Below, piece by piece: positions 45,171-54,528 of a DNA stretch of 64,000 bases. The stretch lies in IMG/VR virus record IMGVR_UViG_3300027747_004168; one strand, 5' to 3'. A program made the position numbers and the translations under genes. The notes beneath the pieces are model-generated. The model did not search any database. It was given only the letters and a program-made list of their open reading frames with translations, and was not told where the DNA came from. How positions within the stretch are numbered: position 1 is the stretch's first letter; each line of letters begins with the position of its first letter. Source of the DNA: an uncultured virus (IMG/VR IMGVR_UViG_3300027747_004168) (taxonomy: Duplodnaviria > Heunggongvirae > Uroviricota > Caudoviricetes).

Positions 45171-47492
45171 ATGAAGACCAGCGTTGTCGGCAGAAAACTC
45201 TCGTCCAACCTCATCGACTCGTGCCTCTCGTCGGCGGACATCGACGGGTGGATCGCGAGAGCCTCCAAGCAGATAGGCGGGGTCGTCTGGCGGCACGTCG
45301 GCTGGACCTCTGAGGATCCCGACATCAACAACGCAGGCATTTGCGACATCGCCAGCGACAAGAGGGCCCCGATCGCAGAGGTCATCGTCAACTGCATCGA
45401 CTCCCTCATCGATCTCGCCCACATCATCAACGGACTGGAAGCCCCCAGCCCGCACGCGGCCGTGGCGACCTGGCCCCAGTTCGCCGAAGGCCCCGACAGT
45501 TGGGTTAACGACAGGATCCTCTTCGAAGTCCACGGCGGGCCGTCGAAGAAGCATCCGACCCTCGACATCCGAGACTTCGGCCGAGGGCAGCGTCCCGAAG
45601 ACTTCCGCCACACCTTCCTCTCGCTCCACAGCAGCACCAAACTCAGCTCGCCGCACCTGTGCGGGAAGTTCGGCATGGGCATGAAGAGTTCCTTCAAGTT
45701 CTGCGAGCGGGTTCTGATCGTCTCGCGCCCCCACGCCGCCGCAGCCGGACGCGGATCCGTGGAGACAGGACTCGCCGTGGTCAGAAAGAGCTACACGGCG
45801 GGCGACAAGGCCGCCCACTACGAGTACCTCTGCGACCATCGCGGAGGCATCATCAGGCTCGACCTCTCCGAGGATTCTTTCCGCCATGGAACCCTCGTCC
45901 GCCTCGCGGGGTACGACCTCGCCGGGTACGAGGGCAACATCGGAAGGCAGAACAAGAGCCTCAGGCTCCTGCTGAACTCCTTCATGATCGACCCGCCCGT
46001 CTTCATCAAGGCGAGCGACTGCCGCGGTTCGGGGGCGAGAAAGAACATGACCGTCTACGGCCTGCTCCACTCGCTCCGCAACCCCCGCACCCCCAACAGC
46101 CACAAGGAGAGCTTCAGCATCAAGGTTCCGTTCTGCGGCGAGGAGAGCGAGGTCGTCGTCCACTATTTCGTCCTGCACCCGCAGGAAAGCCCCCACGACG
46201 CCTCGGGAACCAAGGTGAAGGCGGAACAGGCGATCACCTTCAGCCACAACGGCCAGAGGCACGGGGCCGAGCCGCGGCTGGCCCTCAAGACCAAGTTCGG
46301 ACTCGGCATGATCCGCAACAGGCTCGCCGTCGTCGTCGACACCAGCCGGCTCCACCCGGTGGCGTGCGGAGACCTGTACTCCAGCGACCGCGTGAAGATC
46401 AACTCCCAGTCCGACGTCTACACCTCGATCATGGACGCCATGAAGGCCCATTTCGACGCGGACGAGGACCTGCAGGCCCTCGACGAGGAGGCCACCAAGC
46501 AGAGCAGGGTCGACAACAGCGTGAACACGGAGACGGTCGAAAAGGCCATGTCCGACTACCTGGTCGGTCTCCTCGGGAAAAAGCGAGCCTTCAGGAAGGT
46601 CGGCGTCGCCAAGGGCGGCGGCGGCAAGTCCCGCAGGAATCGCAACGATGCCGGCCTGCCCGATCTCCCGACTCGAATCCTGATCGACAACTCGCCGTTC
46701 GTGGCTCCGAAGGGGAGGTTCGCATACCTCACCCTCGACATCGACGCCAAGAACGGCTATGTGGAGCCGGGCGACGGGAAGGTGTCCGTCTCGTTCAAGA
46801 GCAAGGTCGCGAGCGTCCGCACCGTGGGGAGTCTCGTGGGGGGCAAGCTGCGCCTCGTCGTCGACGTCTCTGAGGACGCGGAGAAGGGCGACAGCCAGTT
46901 CGACGTCAAACTCGACGACGCCGCCAACAAAATCCACCTCTCCGCGTCGGGGACCGTCAGGATTGTCGAGCCCAAGGTCGGCAAGTCCGGTTCGGGCAAC
47001 AAGAAGACAACCGGCGAGGGCGACGCGATGGCCGGCCCGAACGTCATCGTGTCGTGGGCGACAGGCGACGACCGTCCGCAGGACTGGTCCGAAAGCACCC
47101 CGGGCGACTGCGTCGTCAAGGTGCTGAACGGCGAGACGACCGTCATCTTCACCCTGAACGGCGACTTCCCCTACATCAAGAACCTGCGGGAGTCCCTGCC
47201 GAAGATCAAGGGGGGCAGTTTCGACTCGAGGCTGAAGGAGTACGCCGACATGATGTGCCGGGCGCTCGCCAACCAGGAGATCAACCACATGACCCCTGAA
47301 GCGAGTTTTGCCACCGCCGTCGCCGAGAGCGTCTTCGCCTCCGTCTACCGCGACACGGACGACGGCGACGAGGAGCCCGCAAGCAAGACGAAGGGCCGTC
47401 GCCCCATCCCGGGAATCGGACGCGTCGGCGGAATTTCCAAGAACCCCACCTTCCTCGCGGAGTCCGCCGCCGCCGCGAGGGCAGGAGCCTGA
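45171..47492 (+). CDS. GHKL-superfamily ATPase (MORC/Hsp90-like) multidomain protein
   Basis: EVIVNCID (N box), DFGRG (G1), GKFGMG (G2), HGT. Confidence 0.8.
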   Translation: MKTSVVGRKLSSNLIDSCLSSADIDGWIARASKQIGGVVWRHVGWTSEDPDINNAGICDIASDKRAPIAEVIVNCIDSLIDLAHIINGLEAPSPHAAVATWPQFAEGPDSWVNDRILFEVHGGPSKKHPTLDIRDFGRGQRPEDFRHTFLSLHSSTKLSSPHLCGKFGMGMKSSFKFCERVLIVSRPHAAAAGRGSVETGLAVVRKSYTAGDKAAHYEYLCDHRGGIIRLDLSEDSFRHGTLVRLAGYDLAGYEGNIGRQNKSLRLLLNSFMIDPPVFIKASDCRGSGARKNMTVYGLLHSLRNPRTPNSHKESFSIKVPFCGEESEVVVHYFVLHPQESPHDASGTKVKAEQAITFSHNGQRHGAEPRLALKTKFGLGMIRNRLAVVVDTSRLHPVACGDLYSSDRVKINSQSDVYTSIMDAMKAHFDADEDLQALDEEATKQSRVDNSVNTETVEKAMSDYLVGLLGKKRAFRKVGVAKGGGGKSRRNRNDAGLPDLPTRILIDNSPFVAPKGRFAYLTLDIDAKNGYVEPGDGKVSVSFKSKVASVRTVGSLVGGKLRLVVDVSEDAEKGDSQFDVKLDDAANKIHLSASGTVRIVEPKVGKSGSGNKKTTGEGDAMAGPNVIVSWATGDDRPQDWSESTPGDCVVKVLNGETTVIFTLNGDFPYIKNLRESLPKIKGGSFDSRLKEYADMMCRALANQEINHMTPEASFATAVAESVFASVYRDTDDGDEEPASKTKGRRPIPGIGRVGGISKNPTFLAESAAAARAGA

Positions 47493-47507
47493 GCCAAGGA
47501 GGACACC

Positions 47508-47801
47508 ATGGGCAGAAAAGCCAAGGCCAGATTTTTTCAAACCCCCCGCGACCCCTCCAATCCGACCGTGGAGGAATTCACCTCTATGGTCGAGCTGCAC
47601 GATCCCACGCACGTGTGGTCGAGGGACGAGGCCGAGAGGGAGATGGGGGCGGAGGAACGAAGGCTCATCGACAGGGCCAGGCTGGCGCTGGGGGATGAGA
47701 CGACCGTCCCCATCTGGAACAGGGCCATGCGCCGCAAGGTGGTCCCGTCCATGCTGGTCGATTTCCTCTGGCACGTGCGCCGGGAAATGAAATCCGCTTG
47801 A
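47508..47801 (+). CDS. hypothetical protein
   Basis: AAGGAGG SD. Confidence 0.65.
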   Translation: MGRKAKARFFQTPRDPSNPTVEEFTSMVELHDPTHVWSRDEAEREMGAEERRLIDRARLALGDETTVPIWNRAMRRKVVPSMLVDFLWHVRREMKSA

Positions 47802-47817
47802 AGAAGGGAAGTCCGAC

Positions 47818-48858
47818 TTGAAGAGAGTTCTGCTCACCGGGGCCGGCGGGTTCATCGGCCACCACTGCCTGCGATACTTCCTCGATAAAACCGACTGGTT
47901 CGTGGTCTGCCTCGACAGCTTCCGCCACAAGGGAACCTACTCGCGCCTCGCGGAGGTCGACCTCGACCCCGAGAGAGTCCTCGTCCTGCAGCACGACCTT
48001 TCCGTGCCAATCGACGAAGCCCTGGGCAACAGGATCATGGGCAGGACGCTGTCCGACCGCGGGACCGAGGACAAGCGACTCGACATGATCGTCAACATGG
48101 CCTCCGATTCCGCCGTGGAGCGTTCGGTGTCCGACCCCTCGCAGTGCTGGCGCAACAACTGCGATCTCGCGCTCAACATGCTCGAGTTCGCCCGCAGGGC
48201 CGAGCCCGACATGTTCGTCCAGGTCAGCAGCGACGAGGTGTACGGGGACTGCCCCGACGGCCACGCCCACCCGGAATGGGATGTCATCACGCCGTCCAAC
48301 CCCTACGCCGCGTCCAAGGCGGCCCAGGAGGCGCTCGCGATATCTTATTTCAGGACCTACGACGTGCCCGTCGTGATCACCAACACCATGAACACCATCG
48401 GCACCTGCCAGGACAAGGAGAAGTTCCTGCCGAAGATCATATGGAAGGTCGCCACGGGGCAGAAGATGGAGATATACGCCGATCCCAAGCCGGACGGATC
48501 CTTCAAGATAGGGACGCGCTTCTACCTCCACGCGGAGAACCATGCGGATGTCTTCGTGTGGCTTTCGGGACGCAGCCCCGCCAGGTACTCTCTCGGCCAC
48601 CGCCGGCCGGACAGGTACAATGTCGTGGGGGATGTCGAGCTCGACAACCTCCAGCTCGCCCAGATGGTGGCCGAAATCATGGGCAAGCCCCTCCTCTACG
48701 AACTGGTCTCGTCAGAGTCGGCACGCCCTGGGTACGACCGCAGGTACGCCCTGGACGGCTCGATGCTCCGCGACCTCGGCTGGACGCCCCCCGTCGGCTT
48801 CAGGGAAGGTCTCGAACGGATAGTGAGATGGACGCTCGACCACCCGTGGTGGATATGA
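47818..48858 (+). CDS. dTDP-glucose 4,6-dehydratase-like SDR (RmlB-like)
   Basis: TGAGGFIG, SSDEVYG, PSNPYAASK, EKFLPK, RPGYDRRYALD. Confidence 0.9.
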   Translation: MKRVLLTGAGGFIGHHCLRYFLDKTDWFVVCLDSFRHKGTYSRLAEVDLDPERVLVLQHDLSVPIDEALGNRIMGRTLSDRGTEDKRLDMIVNMASDSAVERSVSDPSQCWRNNCDLALNMLEFARRAEPDMFVQVSSDEVYGDCPDGHAHPEWDVITPSNPYAASKAAQEALAISYFRTYDVPVVITNTMNTIGTCQDKEKFLPKIIWKVATGQKMEIYADPKPDGSFKIGTRFYLHAENHADVFVWLSGRSPARYSLGHRRPDRYNVVGDVELDNLQLAQMVAEIMGKPLLYELVSSESARPGYDRRYALDGSMLRDLGWTPPVGFREGLERIVRWTLDHPWWI

Positions 48859-48859
48859 G

Positions 48860-49270
48860 ATGGACGCGGCCGCGGAGGAGTCGAGCCGGGCGTTCGCAGG
48901 GGAGCTCATTGGCAGGTTCGGAGAAGACAGGTTCTACCACGCCCTTTTGAGGTTCGGGACTCCGAGGGAGGCGATGCTCATGCACCGCTTCATCCACGGA
49001 ACAGACAAGGGCTGGGAAGAGATGCGCGCGGAGTTGCGGCTGAAGGGCGGATCCCCCTCCGTAGGACTCTCCGAGTCGATGGGCGGCGAAGAGGCAAACA
49101 TCTTGCTCTGCCGCACTGCCTGCACCTTCTCGCTGCACCACAGGCAGTACGCCTTGAAGTCTGCGGAGCTGCCCCCCGCTCTCCATGCGAGGATGCTGCT
49201 CACGGCGCGCAACGACTGGACGGCCATGTACATCGAAAACCTGGACAGGTCGAGGGGCGACCAGGGTTAA
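48860..49270 (+). CDS. hypothetical protein, 'LP..LH..M' family
   Basis: ELPPALHARMLL...WTAMY. Confidence 0.6.
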   Translation: MDAAAEESSRAFAGELIGRFGEDRFYHALLRFGTPREAMLMHRFIHGTDKGWEEMRAELRLKGGSPSVGLSESMGGEEANILLCRTACTFSLHHRQYALKSAELPPALHARMLLTARNDWTAMYIENLDRSRGDQG

Positions 49271-49297
49271 AACCACGGCGTGGCCGATATATAGGTT

Positions 49298-49762
49298 ATG
49301 CCAAGTTTCTACGATATGCTCCGCATCATCGACGGCTCGCCTCCCTTGAGCGAGATCGCCGTGAGCCCAGACATGGAGATGCCCGCGGCCTCGCGTCCGC
49401 AGCGCGGCTCGACATCGAGGCTCGAGCCCGACGTCGGAGCCCAACGAGTAATCCCGTTGATGGTTCGGAGGATGACCGCCCTGACGCTCCGTGGACTCGG
49501 CATTCCGGAGACGCTGGGCAACAATGTCATAGACCGAATGGTCGACGAGGACGAAGACCCTTCTAACCCCATGCTCCTGTCGTACGTTTCGAACGTCGAA
49601 CTGAAGTCCCTCGCCACGCTAGCCTCGCATGTCCTGAAGTGGTCTGTGTCGAAGAGAAACGACCCCGAGTTGGGGCCTAAAGCCAAGCGACTCGGCGATG
49701 TCGCAGAGCAGATGTTCGACGCCATCCAGCGGGCTCAGGAACAGGCCGTCAACGGGCATTAG
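49298..49762 (+). CDS. hypothetical protein
   Basis: 154 aa; TATATA 4 nt upstream of the start. Confidence 0.6.
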   Translation: MPSFYDMLRIIDGSPPLSEIAVSPDMEMPAASRPQRGSTSRLEPDVGAQRVIPLMVRRMTALTLRGLGIPETLGNNVIDRMVDEDEDPSNPMLLSYVSNVELKSLATLASHVLKWSVSKRNDPELGPKAKRLGDVAEQMFDAIQRAQEQAVNGH

Positions 49763-49865
49763 GGCTGACGCAGCGGCGCTTTGAGGGCGGCTTTGCCTTC
49801 GGAAGAAAAACAAGGCAGGAACCTCGTGTTGGGGGTTAGATATGTTCGTCTAACCCAGGAGCCCA

Positions 49866-52718
49866 ATGTACTGCGACAAAAACGGTAGAAGGATAGACCT
49901 CTCCGCCCCGGCCTACAGGTCGTGCCACGGCGGCAAGTGCGGGGGCTGGAGGCTCGTGTACTCCAACTGCCCCATACGGGACGCGGGGTGCGTGGGCAGG
50001 TCGGGGGCGTGGCTCCCCGCCACCGAGGTCTGCAGGCTCGGAATAACCGCCCCCAAGAAGAAACCCCTATTGGGATGCTGCTTCAACCCCGAAGGCTTAA
50101 TCGGATCGAAAACGCGGAGGGAATGCCTCGCGAGAAACAACCAAGACGGTCTAAACGAATGGCTGGCGGGAACCTGCCCAGAGCCCGGGACGCCGGAACA
50201 CGCGATACTTACCAATTTCGACGAGTTCCGCCAGAACTCCCTCGACGCCGACCTGATCGACTTGTACTTCAATCAGGGAGTCGACCCCATCTTCGTCGAC
50301 CTCGACGGCATGGGGGCCAGAGTGTTCGGCCTGTCGGGCGAGTTCTCCTTGGCTCTGAATTTGGGGCGGAGGGCGAGGTCAAACGACGGATCGGAGTTCG
50401 AAGCCCCCGAAGACCTAGAGATTTACGTATACGCGGAGTCGATAGACGGCCAGCCGGCCCAGAACATGGTTTCCGCCTCGAAGGTTCCGGGCGAGAATGT
50501 CATCCAGGTCGTCCTCAATCCCGATCTGGCTCCCGACGGCACGACGGAGTTCTCGTTCCAGATCAACATCGAACACCCCGACTTCAACGCCGCGCGGAGT
50601 TCGTTCGCGTTCAGGAACGCCTCGGCCTACGAACACGAGGTGCTGCTCTCGGGTCGCGTTCTCAATGATCCCGGAAGGCTCACGCCCGCCTACATCGAGT
50701 ACCTGCAGGGGTGGATATCGGCCTTCTGGGCCGCTTACGACGCCCACAACGTATTTCTGGTCCCGGCCCTCGAGAAGCCCCCGTCCAACGCCGACACCGA
50801 GTTCTATCCCTTTTCCCACGCCCTGTGGTCGATATCCCAGTCAGGCCCGCCGCCGGGCCTGACCACCCAGACCGTGTGGACGCCGGGCAACAAAGGTCTC
50901 GTGGAACCTTGGAACTTCTTGGGGGTGAGCCAAGAAGTATTTGACTGCATAAATCAAGACTTGTACAAAACATACCCAGTAGATGCCAAAAACTTCTCCG
51001 ATTTGCTTTCGCCCAATCAAAAGACAAGAAAAAGCAGCTTCGACTGCAGGGCCTATTCGATAGCCGCCGCGAATTTTCTGAAATCCCAACTTTCATCCGT
51101 TTGCCCCAATGCCAAAGTCCAGTTCCAGTTGCTGCGGGAAATCAAAGGCAGTCATGTGATTTTATACGTCGACTTGGGAGGCACATGCGCGGACGGAAGT
51201 CCCTGCGAATGCTGCACGGGCACTTTCGTGCAAGAGCCTCAAACCGGCGAAGCCTTCGACAGCTTGGACAAGTACTGCGAGACCCATCCGTGCTACCCAC
51301 GCATAACGGACAGAGGAACATTCGACGACCCGACAGGGGAAGACGGGTGGGACACTGTGGGTTGGGCTTCCGACCCAGATGAAGTTGCGAGAATATCAAA
51401 TCTCATCTGCGGGTGCCTGGGCCAAGACCAGCCGCAAGGAACGGTCGAGAGTTCGCTGAAGTCCAAGTGCGGCGACGGAAGCATAGGGGATTGGCTCGGC
51501 AACAGCTTCGGGAAGATAAACAAAGATGCGTGCTCGACTTGCAACGGAACCCCGCAGATCATCAGCTGCGACCGGGTGGAATGCGTCAACCCCGATGAGA
51601 ACGACGGGCAGGCCTGCAAGAAGGCAGAGTACGGTGGCGTAGAGCCTTATGTGTGCGAAAAAAGGTGCAAGGCAATGTACGTGTGTCATTCAGACATAGG
51701 CACTTGCGATGGCATTTGGTCGATAGACGGACAATTGGGGAACTACGAAACCAGTGACGAATGCAAGTCGTGGTGTGCAAAGGGGGCTTGGTGCGAGATA
51801 GACCCGGGTTCCACATTCAAGACCGGCGAATGTACGGAGGACACGAAGCAATCCTGGAAGATTGCAAACGACAACAATTCAGCGCAGAACTTCAACGAAG
51901 GCAGATCGTGCGGAAACTTGGACTGCCAGAAGGAAGCCGTGTGCATACAGACTTGGCTCGCCAAGTACGACTGCAAGCAGTCTTCTTGGTCGCTCATCAA
52001 TCAAAGTCCCTATACATACTGCGGGTTGGCCGCAGATGTTAACGAGGGCGGATGGACAAAGAGCGAGGGAGACACGGGCGACTGCTTCTATGAGTACAAT
52101 ACCGTGACCCAATTAAAGTGTTCCAATGATTGGGAGTGTTCGGCTAGCGGATCAGAAAGCGCGCCAAGCCTTCCCAGCGGACAGCCCGACGGGTGTTGTT
52201 CCAGTTCCAGCTCCAGCAGTTCGTCCGTCACCTCCAGCAGTTCCAGCAGTTCCAGCAGTTCCAGCAGTTCCAGCAGTTCGTCCAGCAGTTCGTCCAGCAG
52301 TTCGTCCAGCAGTTCGTCCAGCAGTTCGTCCAGTAGCAGTTCGGAAAGTTCGTCCAGCAGCCTTTCGCCGTGCCAGTCGGACCGTCAATGCCCGCTTCGT
52401 TGGGAAAGCGACTTGCTCTTTTTGGGATTCAGCGTACCATGCCCCGACCCGTCGCCGGTGTGGGCTGGATACCCTGGTATAGACGAGGTGGTGACTTTTG
52501 TTTGCCATCCTCTGACGGGGCCAGAAGACATGCGGTATGGTCAATTCGTCGCTCCATTAACATCGGGCGACCCCCATGAAAATTGCGTGCAAAACCCCAA
52601 CATTACTTGCAGAGTGTTCGGAACCGTGGACGGCAATGAAGATTCCAACTTTGCGGTGGCAATCTCTCTTGTTTACGGCCACTGCTGCGACGGTGCGTGC
52701 CAAAATGATCCGTGCTAA
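49866..52718 (+). CDS. giant Cys-rich, poly-Ser protein with a putative transglutaminase/papain-like domain (probable virion or surface protein)
   Basis: 950 aa; AGGAG SD; FDCRAYS...HVILY...EPQTG; many Cys; long Ser tract. Confidence 0.75.
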   Translation: MYCDKNGRRIDLSAPAYRSCHGGKCGGWRLVYSNCPIRDAGCVGRSGAWLPATEVCRLGITAPKKKPLLGCCFNPEGLIGSKTRRECLARNNQDGLNEWLAGTCPEPGTPEHAILTNFDEFRQNSLDADLIDLYFNQGVDPIFVDLDGMGARVFGLSGEFSLALNLGRRARSNDGSEFEAPEDLEIYVYAESIDGQPAQNMVSASKVPGENVIQVVLNPDLAPDGTTEFSFQINIEHPDFNAARSSFAFRNASAYEHEVLLSGRVLNDPGRLTPAYIEYLQGWISAFWAAYDAHNVFLVPALEKPPSNADTEFYPFSHALWSISQSGPPPGLTTQTVWTPGNKGLVEPWNFLGVSQEVFDCINQDLYKTYPVDAKNFSDLLSPNQKTRKSSFDCRAYSIAAANFLKSQLSSVCPNAKVQFQLLREIKGSHVILYVDLGGTCADGSPCECCTGTFVQEPQTGEAFDSLDKYCETHPCYPRITDRGTFDDPTGEDGWDTVGWASDPDEVARISNLICGCLGQDQPQGTVESSLKSKCGDGSIGDWLGNSFGKINKDACSTCNGTPQIISCDRVECVNPDENDGQACKKAEYGGVEPYVCEKRCKAMYVCHSDIGTCDGIWSIDGQLGNYETSDECKSWCAKGAWCEIDPGSTFKTGECTEDTKQSWKIANDNNSAQNFNEGRSCGNLDCQKEAVCIQTWLAKYDCKQSSWSLINQSPYTYCGLAADVNEGGWTKSEGDTGDCFYEYNTVTQLKCSNDWECSASGSESAPSLPSGQPDGCCSSSSSSSSSVTSSSSSSSSSSSSSSSSSSSSSSSSSSSSSSSSSSSSSESSSSSLSPCQSDRQCPLRWESDLLFLGFSVPCPDPSPVWAGYPGIDEVVTFVCHPLTGPEDMRYGQFVAPLTSGDPHENCVQNPNITCRVFGTVDGNEDSNFAVAISLVYGHCCDGACQNDPC
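52198..52361 (+). repeat. poly-serine-coding tandem repeat
   Basis: Tandem TCCAGCAGT (9 nt) and TCGTCCAGCAGT (12 nt) units, in frame. Confidence 0.9.
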
Positions 52719-52820
52719 ATGCCAGACGCCACCAGCCGCTTCCCGATCAGGAAGGGAGGTAATCTATTTCGGCATCCTGTGGGTCTCCGAGAACGCACAA
52801 TGACCCTTTTGAATATGCCA

Positions 52821-53252
52821 TCAGTCTCCCTCGAACCCGGAGTGGAACCTCAGCCCGTCTGGGTGGGGGCCAGTGTTCCTGAAGAAAGGACGGCCCCGCT
52901 CGTGGAACGGGGATTGTTTCGGCCACGCGATCTCTCGCATCGCCCATTCGTCTCCCTCCTTGGCCATGCGGATCAGCTTCCGGGTCGTCGAGGAACTGTA
53001 GTATCTGCCTTGGTCTTTGAGTCGTTCATACATGGCCCTCGTGCGGGCGGTTGGCTCCACCTTTTGCGCGAATGCGGGGGTCGGCTCTTCGGCGAAGCCC
53101 CCCTTGTCGGCCAAGCCCGACAGAAGGCCGGCCGCCGCGACGCCCGACATGAGTCCCTTCTTCAGCATGTCCCTCATCGATGACTCCCGAATTGCCCCTT
53201 CGTTCCCGAGGGGTCGCGATTCATCAAGTTCGAGAAAGCGCCTGAATTCCAT
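52821..53252 (-). CDS. hypothetical protein with MEFRRFLE N-terminus
   Basis: Start at ATG 53252, 5 nt after TATATA. Confidence 0.6.
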   Translation of the reverse strand: MEFRRFLELDESRPLGNEGAIRESSMRDMLKKGLMSGVAAAGLLSGLADKGGFAEEPTPAFAQKVEPTARTRAMYERLKDQGRYYSSSTTRKLIRMAKEGDEWAMREIAWPKQSPFHERGRPFFRNTGPHPDGLRFHSGFEGD

Positions 53253-53294
53253 GGTGGTATATAGAATCGGATTTCGCAAAAGGGGCCGGCGGTT

Positions 53295-53402
53295 TCACTT
53301 GCCGATCTTGTCGCGGCCGACCCACACGAAGAACGCTATTACGGCTAGTTCTATCGAGAGAGGGATCGGCCACACCGTGAGTACCGTTATGAGTTCGTCC
53401 AT
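53295..53402 (-). CDS. 35 aa membrane peptide (not in the ORF track)
   Basis: MDELITVLTVWPIPLSIELAVIAFFVWVGRDKIGK; TAGATT 5 nt upstream. Confidence 0.5.
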   Translation of the reverse strand: MDELITVLTVWPIPLSIELAVIAFFVWVGRDKIGK

Positions 53403-53417
53403 GGAATAATCTAGTCC

Positions 53418-54257
53418 CTACAGGCCAGATTTGGACGCCATCGCGTCCCGGAGGAGCGATGCTCCCCTCTCGCAAGCCCGCTCGAAGGTAAGGTTGCCCA
53501 GGCAGAAGTCCCTCAGCCTCGAGGCCCTGTCAACCGACCCTTCCATGTCTCCCAGTATGCTCCCGTACTTCTCGGAGATGTCGCACAGGTCCTCGGCCAC
53601 ATCCCAGTGAAGCCCCTGGTCGGCGATCTCCTGCCCCGCCCAGCACCACCACTGCCTCCTCGCGATCAAAAGGGGCCTCCCCGTGAAGCCCAGCATCTTG
53701 AGCCTGCCGCTGAAGCCCACCCCCGTGAGGTCGACGAGCGCGGCGTGGCGGCACTGCTCCTCCATCGGGGTGAAGTTGGTGGAGGGCCCGCCCCATGTCA
53801 TGAACTCGCCTGCGAATTTGTCGGGGCGCTCCCTGCACATCTCTATGTACCGTATCCTCTGCGGTATGTCCATGCAAGCGCCCTTCCAGAACGCCCTCGG
53901 GTCTTCGGGCGGCCTCTCCCCTGCCCGGGCGAGGTTCGTCACGAAGGGCCACCAGTCGTAAATGCCCATGTGCCACCAGCCGCCGAAGCCCCAGTCCGGG
54001 AACAACCCCTCCTTGCCCCCGAAGGCCGAGATCGTCTGGAACTCGAGGAGATTCCGCTCTGGCGGGCCCTCCGGCGTCGGGAAGTCGTGCATGTGTATCC
54101 GGACCCTCCACTCGGAACGCAACGAGCCGTCCGCAAGCAGGATGGAGCGGACCGCCTGCATCAGCTTGATCATGCTCTTGTTCCTCAGATCCCACCAGGA
54201 AAGCGCAAGGTTCTGGAGCTCGGTTGGGCTGACAAGGAACTCGATGAAGTTGCTCAT
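53418..54257 (-). CDS. GT90 (CAP10/POGLUT-like) glycosyltransferase, paralog 2
   Basis: FPDWGF..W, AFWKG, LVDLTG.GFSGRLKML..TGRPL, V.EDLCD. Confidence 0.8.
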   Translation of the reverse strand: MSNFIEFLVSPTELQNLALSWWDLRNKSMIKLMQAVRSILLADGSLRSEWRVRIHMHDFPTPEGPPERNLLEFQTISAFGGKEGLFPDWGFGGWWHMGIYDWWPFVTNLARAGERPPEDPRAFWKGACMDIPQRIRYIEMCRERPDKFAGEFMTWGGPSTNFTPMEEQCRHAALVDLTGVGFSGRLKMLGFTGRPLLIARRQWWCWAGQEIADQGLHWDVAEDLCDISEKYGSILGDMEGSVDRASRLRDFCLGNLTFERACERGASLLRDAMASKSGL

Positions 54258-54528
54258 GTGGACGCGTCCCCGTTTCTGCCTGGATTCACTTGGGTTGGGC
54301 GCCTCGTCGTCTCGCGCCGGGGAAATGACGAAAACCCGGCGGTCACGGACTTACACAACCCCGTCCCGCTGACGCCATTCTTCTTCGCAGGAATGGGATG
54401 GGGGCAATGAAGACGACCCTAAACCCTCAATCGGGGCCTTGACGGCCCGAACGTAGTTACGTTGCCCGTCTCGGTTTTGGCCAGCCCGGCTATGGCGCGA
54501 AACCCCGCCTTGGCCTAGAATAACGACC

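Noticed and set aside
45114..47930. 938 aa minus-strand ORF
   Set aside because: Antisense shadow of the GHKL ATPase. High GC3 codon usage removes stops on the opposite strand, and it has no motifs.
52126..52544. PAV/TAG-repeat ORFs
   Set aside because: Alternative frames of the poly-Ser repeat.
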